Position numbers and translations under genes: made by a program. Under the pieces are notes generated by a model, which had not been told where the DNA came from, ran no database searches, and was given only the letters and a program-made list of their open reading frames with translations. A DNA stretch of 55,640 nt from a virus (lineage: Duplodnaviria; Caudoviricetes), in the IMG/VR virus record IMGVR_UViG_3300026518_000670, positions 1-55,640 of that record. One strand, written 5' to 3'. Position 1 is the stretch's first letter. Each line of letters opens with the position of its first letter. Shown here in pieces: positions 54,108 to 55,640 of this stretch.

Positions 54108-55234
54108 AGCGCGGCCGGCCACGCAAATACGACGACACCATCCCCGCTCACATCGACCAGCGCAAGATCCCAGACGGGGTCTATTGGGACGCGCGCGATC
54201 GCATCTGGTACAACCGCCTCTCGCAGCCACGCCGTCTCGCCGGCCCGAAGGCAAGCCTGGCCGACCTGCATCGCCTGATCGAGCTTCGGCGCAACGGTGA
54301 TGCCGGCACCATACGGTCACTGCACGCGAAGTTCTGCGGCTCCGACGTCTGGAAGCACCTATCCAAGTCCACGCAGGACGACTACGACTACTGCCTGCAG
54401 GTCCTGGAGCGCCAGAAAACACGCCACGGGCAGCCCGTAGCTGCGCTGGAGGTCGACCGGCTGTCCCGTGTGCTGATCCAGCGCCTGGTCAGCCTGATCG
54501 GCGCGGAGCACCCTTCGAAGGCCGCGCACGTGCTGCGCTACCTGCGGCGCCTGATCAAGTGGGGCATGCAGCATGGCGAGTGCGCGGAGCGCGAGAACCC
54601 GGCCGCGGCCGTCGACGCGCCCAAGGAGCTCCGCGCACCAACCATACCGGACAAGGCCACCATGCGGGGCTACATCACGTTCCTGCGCGCGCATGGCGCG
54701 ATTCAAACCCGACGCAAGGGAAGTCTTCCACCCTATCTGTGGGCGCTGACGGAGATCGCCTACCGGTGCCGGCTACGCGGTGTTGAAGTGGTCAACCTGA
54801 CCGATGATCTGGAAACCAAGGAGGGACTGCGCACGGAGCGGCGCAAGGGCAGCCGGGACAACATCGTTGCCTGGTGTCCGGAACTACGGGAGGCGTGGGA
54901 TGCGCTGCACGAATGGCGGCGCGAGGTATGGGCCCGGATCCCGGGCTTCGTGATCCCGATTCAAGCATCCCGGCGCGTGCTGGTAGTCAACCAGGCCGGT
55001 CAGCCATTGCAGCGTGAGGCGCTCAAAAGTGCGTGGGATCGCGGCGTGCGCCTGGCCCTGGCCGAGGGCGTGCTGCAAAAGCGCTTCGGCATGCATGCCA
55101 TGAAGCACCGCGGCGTCAGCGACACCGCCGGCACCAGAGACGTCAAGCAGCAGGCGTCAGGCCACAAGGAAGCCCGCATGCTCGACGTCTACGACCACGA
55201 ACTGCCGCTGGTGAAGCCGGCCGGCATCGACTGA
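54104..55234 (+). CDS. int: Tyrosine recombinase / phage integrase
   Basis: GTG start. Catalytic R (RLRGVEV), K (RKGSR), HAMKH, SGH, Y (DVYD). Confidence 0.88.
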   Translation: MKRGRPRKYDDTIPAHIDQRKIPDGVYWDARDRIWYNRLSQPRRLAGPKASLADLHRLIELRRNGDAGTIRSLHAKFCGSDVWKHLSKSTQDDYDYCLQVLERQKTRHGQPVAALEVDRLSRVLIQRLVSLIGAEHPSKAAHVLRYLRRLIKWGMQHGECAERENPAAAVDAPKELRAPTIPDKATMRGYITFLRAHGAIQTRRKGSLPPYLWALTEIAYRCRLRGVEVVNLTDDLETKEGLRTERRKGSRDNIVAWCPELREAWDALHEWRREVWARIPGFVIPIQASRRVLVVNQAGQPLQREALKSAWDRGVRLALAEGVLQKRFGMHAMKHRGVSDTAGTRDVKQQASGHKEARMLDVYDHELPLVKPAGID

Positions 55235-55244
55235 GGATTTTGAA

Positions 55245-55640
55245 ATGGACAAGATAACCCTGCGCGCCATGCAGCGTCCGCCAATCACCGACATTTGGTT
55301 CGCATGGTTCCCGGTCCGTCTTGGAGCATTAGGCTCAGGGAAGCTGGCTTGGATGCAGCGGGTGTGGCGCAATCGGTGCGGCGGAGTGAAGATCTACCAA
55401 CCGCTGGATCGTCCCATGCCTTATCGCCCGGCACCGTGCCCCAACTGTGGCGTCGAGGCTGTGCGCGGATGGGTGGAGTGGATCGATGGTGAAGAGCGGT
55501 TCTTCGTCCAGCACGGCGAACCTATATGCACAACTGGCTCGCGCCGCATGGAGGCGTTCATTCTAGACGAATGGGAGGTCATGGTCTTCCGTTACTGGAC
55601 CTATCTTCACGCAGATTCCACCGAATCCACAAATGGATGA
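55245..55640 (+). CDS. Hypothetical protein with CxxC
   Basis: GAGG SD. WFAWFPVR and PCPNCG motifs. Confidence 0.55.
   Translation: MDKITLRAMQRPPITDIWFAWFPVRLGALGSGKLAWMQRVWRNRCGGVKIYQPLDRPMPYRPAPCPNCGVEAVRGWVEWIDGEERFFVQHGEPICTTGSRRMEAFILDEWEVMVFRYWTYLHADSTESTNG

Larger units (their letters stand above)
1..55640. mobile_element. Temperate podovirus-like phage/prophage (N4-gp56-type capsid, P22-like portal, lambdoid cI/cro switch, tyrosine integrase)
   Basis: Ordered modules for integration, immunity, replication, lysis, packaging, head and tail. No host housekeeping genes. No tape measure or sheath gene recognised. att sites not identified. Confidence 0.95.

Noticed and set aside
54104-55234. 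Integron integrase (IntI) serving the attC cassettes
   Set aside because: Lacks recognisable IntI motifs (HTLRHSFATHLL, IntI-specific insertion). It is paired with an Xis-like gene like ordinary prophage integrases.

Overview
The whole window is a near-complete temperate phage or prophage genome, GC-rich and probably from a Xanthomonadales-like host (inferred from an embedded EF-Tu-like peptide). It has podovirus-type architecture. The minus strand (46479 down to 1) carries cro, cII-like, DUF1376 replication initiator, DnaC-like loader, VRR-NUC nuclease, late regulator, lysis cassette (holin, SLT endolysin, overlapping spanins), terS/terL, portal, scaffold, a CsrA-like small protein, N4-gp56-type major capsid, tail/virion genes, a 4764-aa polyvalent virion protein, a Kelch-repeat protein and an outer-membrane beta-barrel protein. 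The plus strand (46553-55640) carries cI, an early arm built largely from gene fragments, a DUF4224-like Xis and a tyrosine integrase. No att sites, tRNA, CRISPR or DGR were seen. The most notable signals are: (1) three AUGA-loop hairpins around the capsid gene, next to the CsrA-like gene, whose loop motif is complementary to the start-codon context of both the capsid gene and the next gene; (2) integron attC-type gene cassettes in the early arm, with genes antisense to the attC; (3) a 22-aa EF-Tu P-loop peptide inside a HAD-family protein; (4) the giant multi-enzyme virion protein with repeated F-S junctions; (5) four phased 11-bp repeats at the late promoter. Family assignments come from motifs recognised by eye; no database searches were run.
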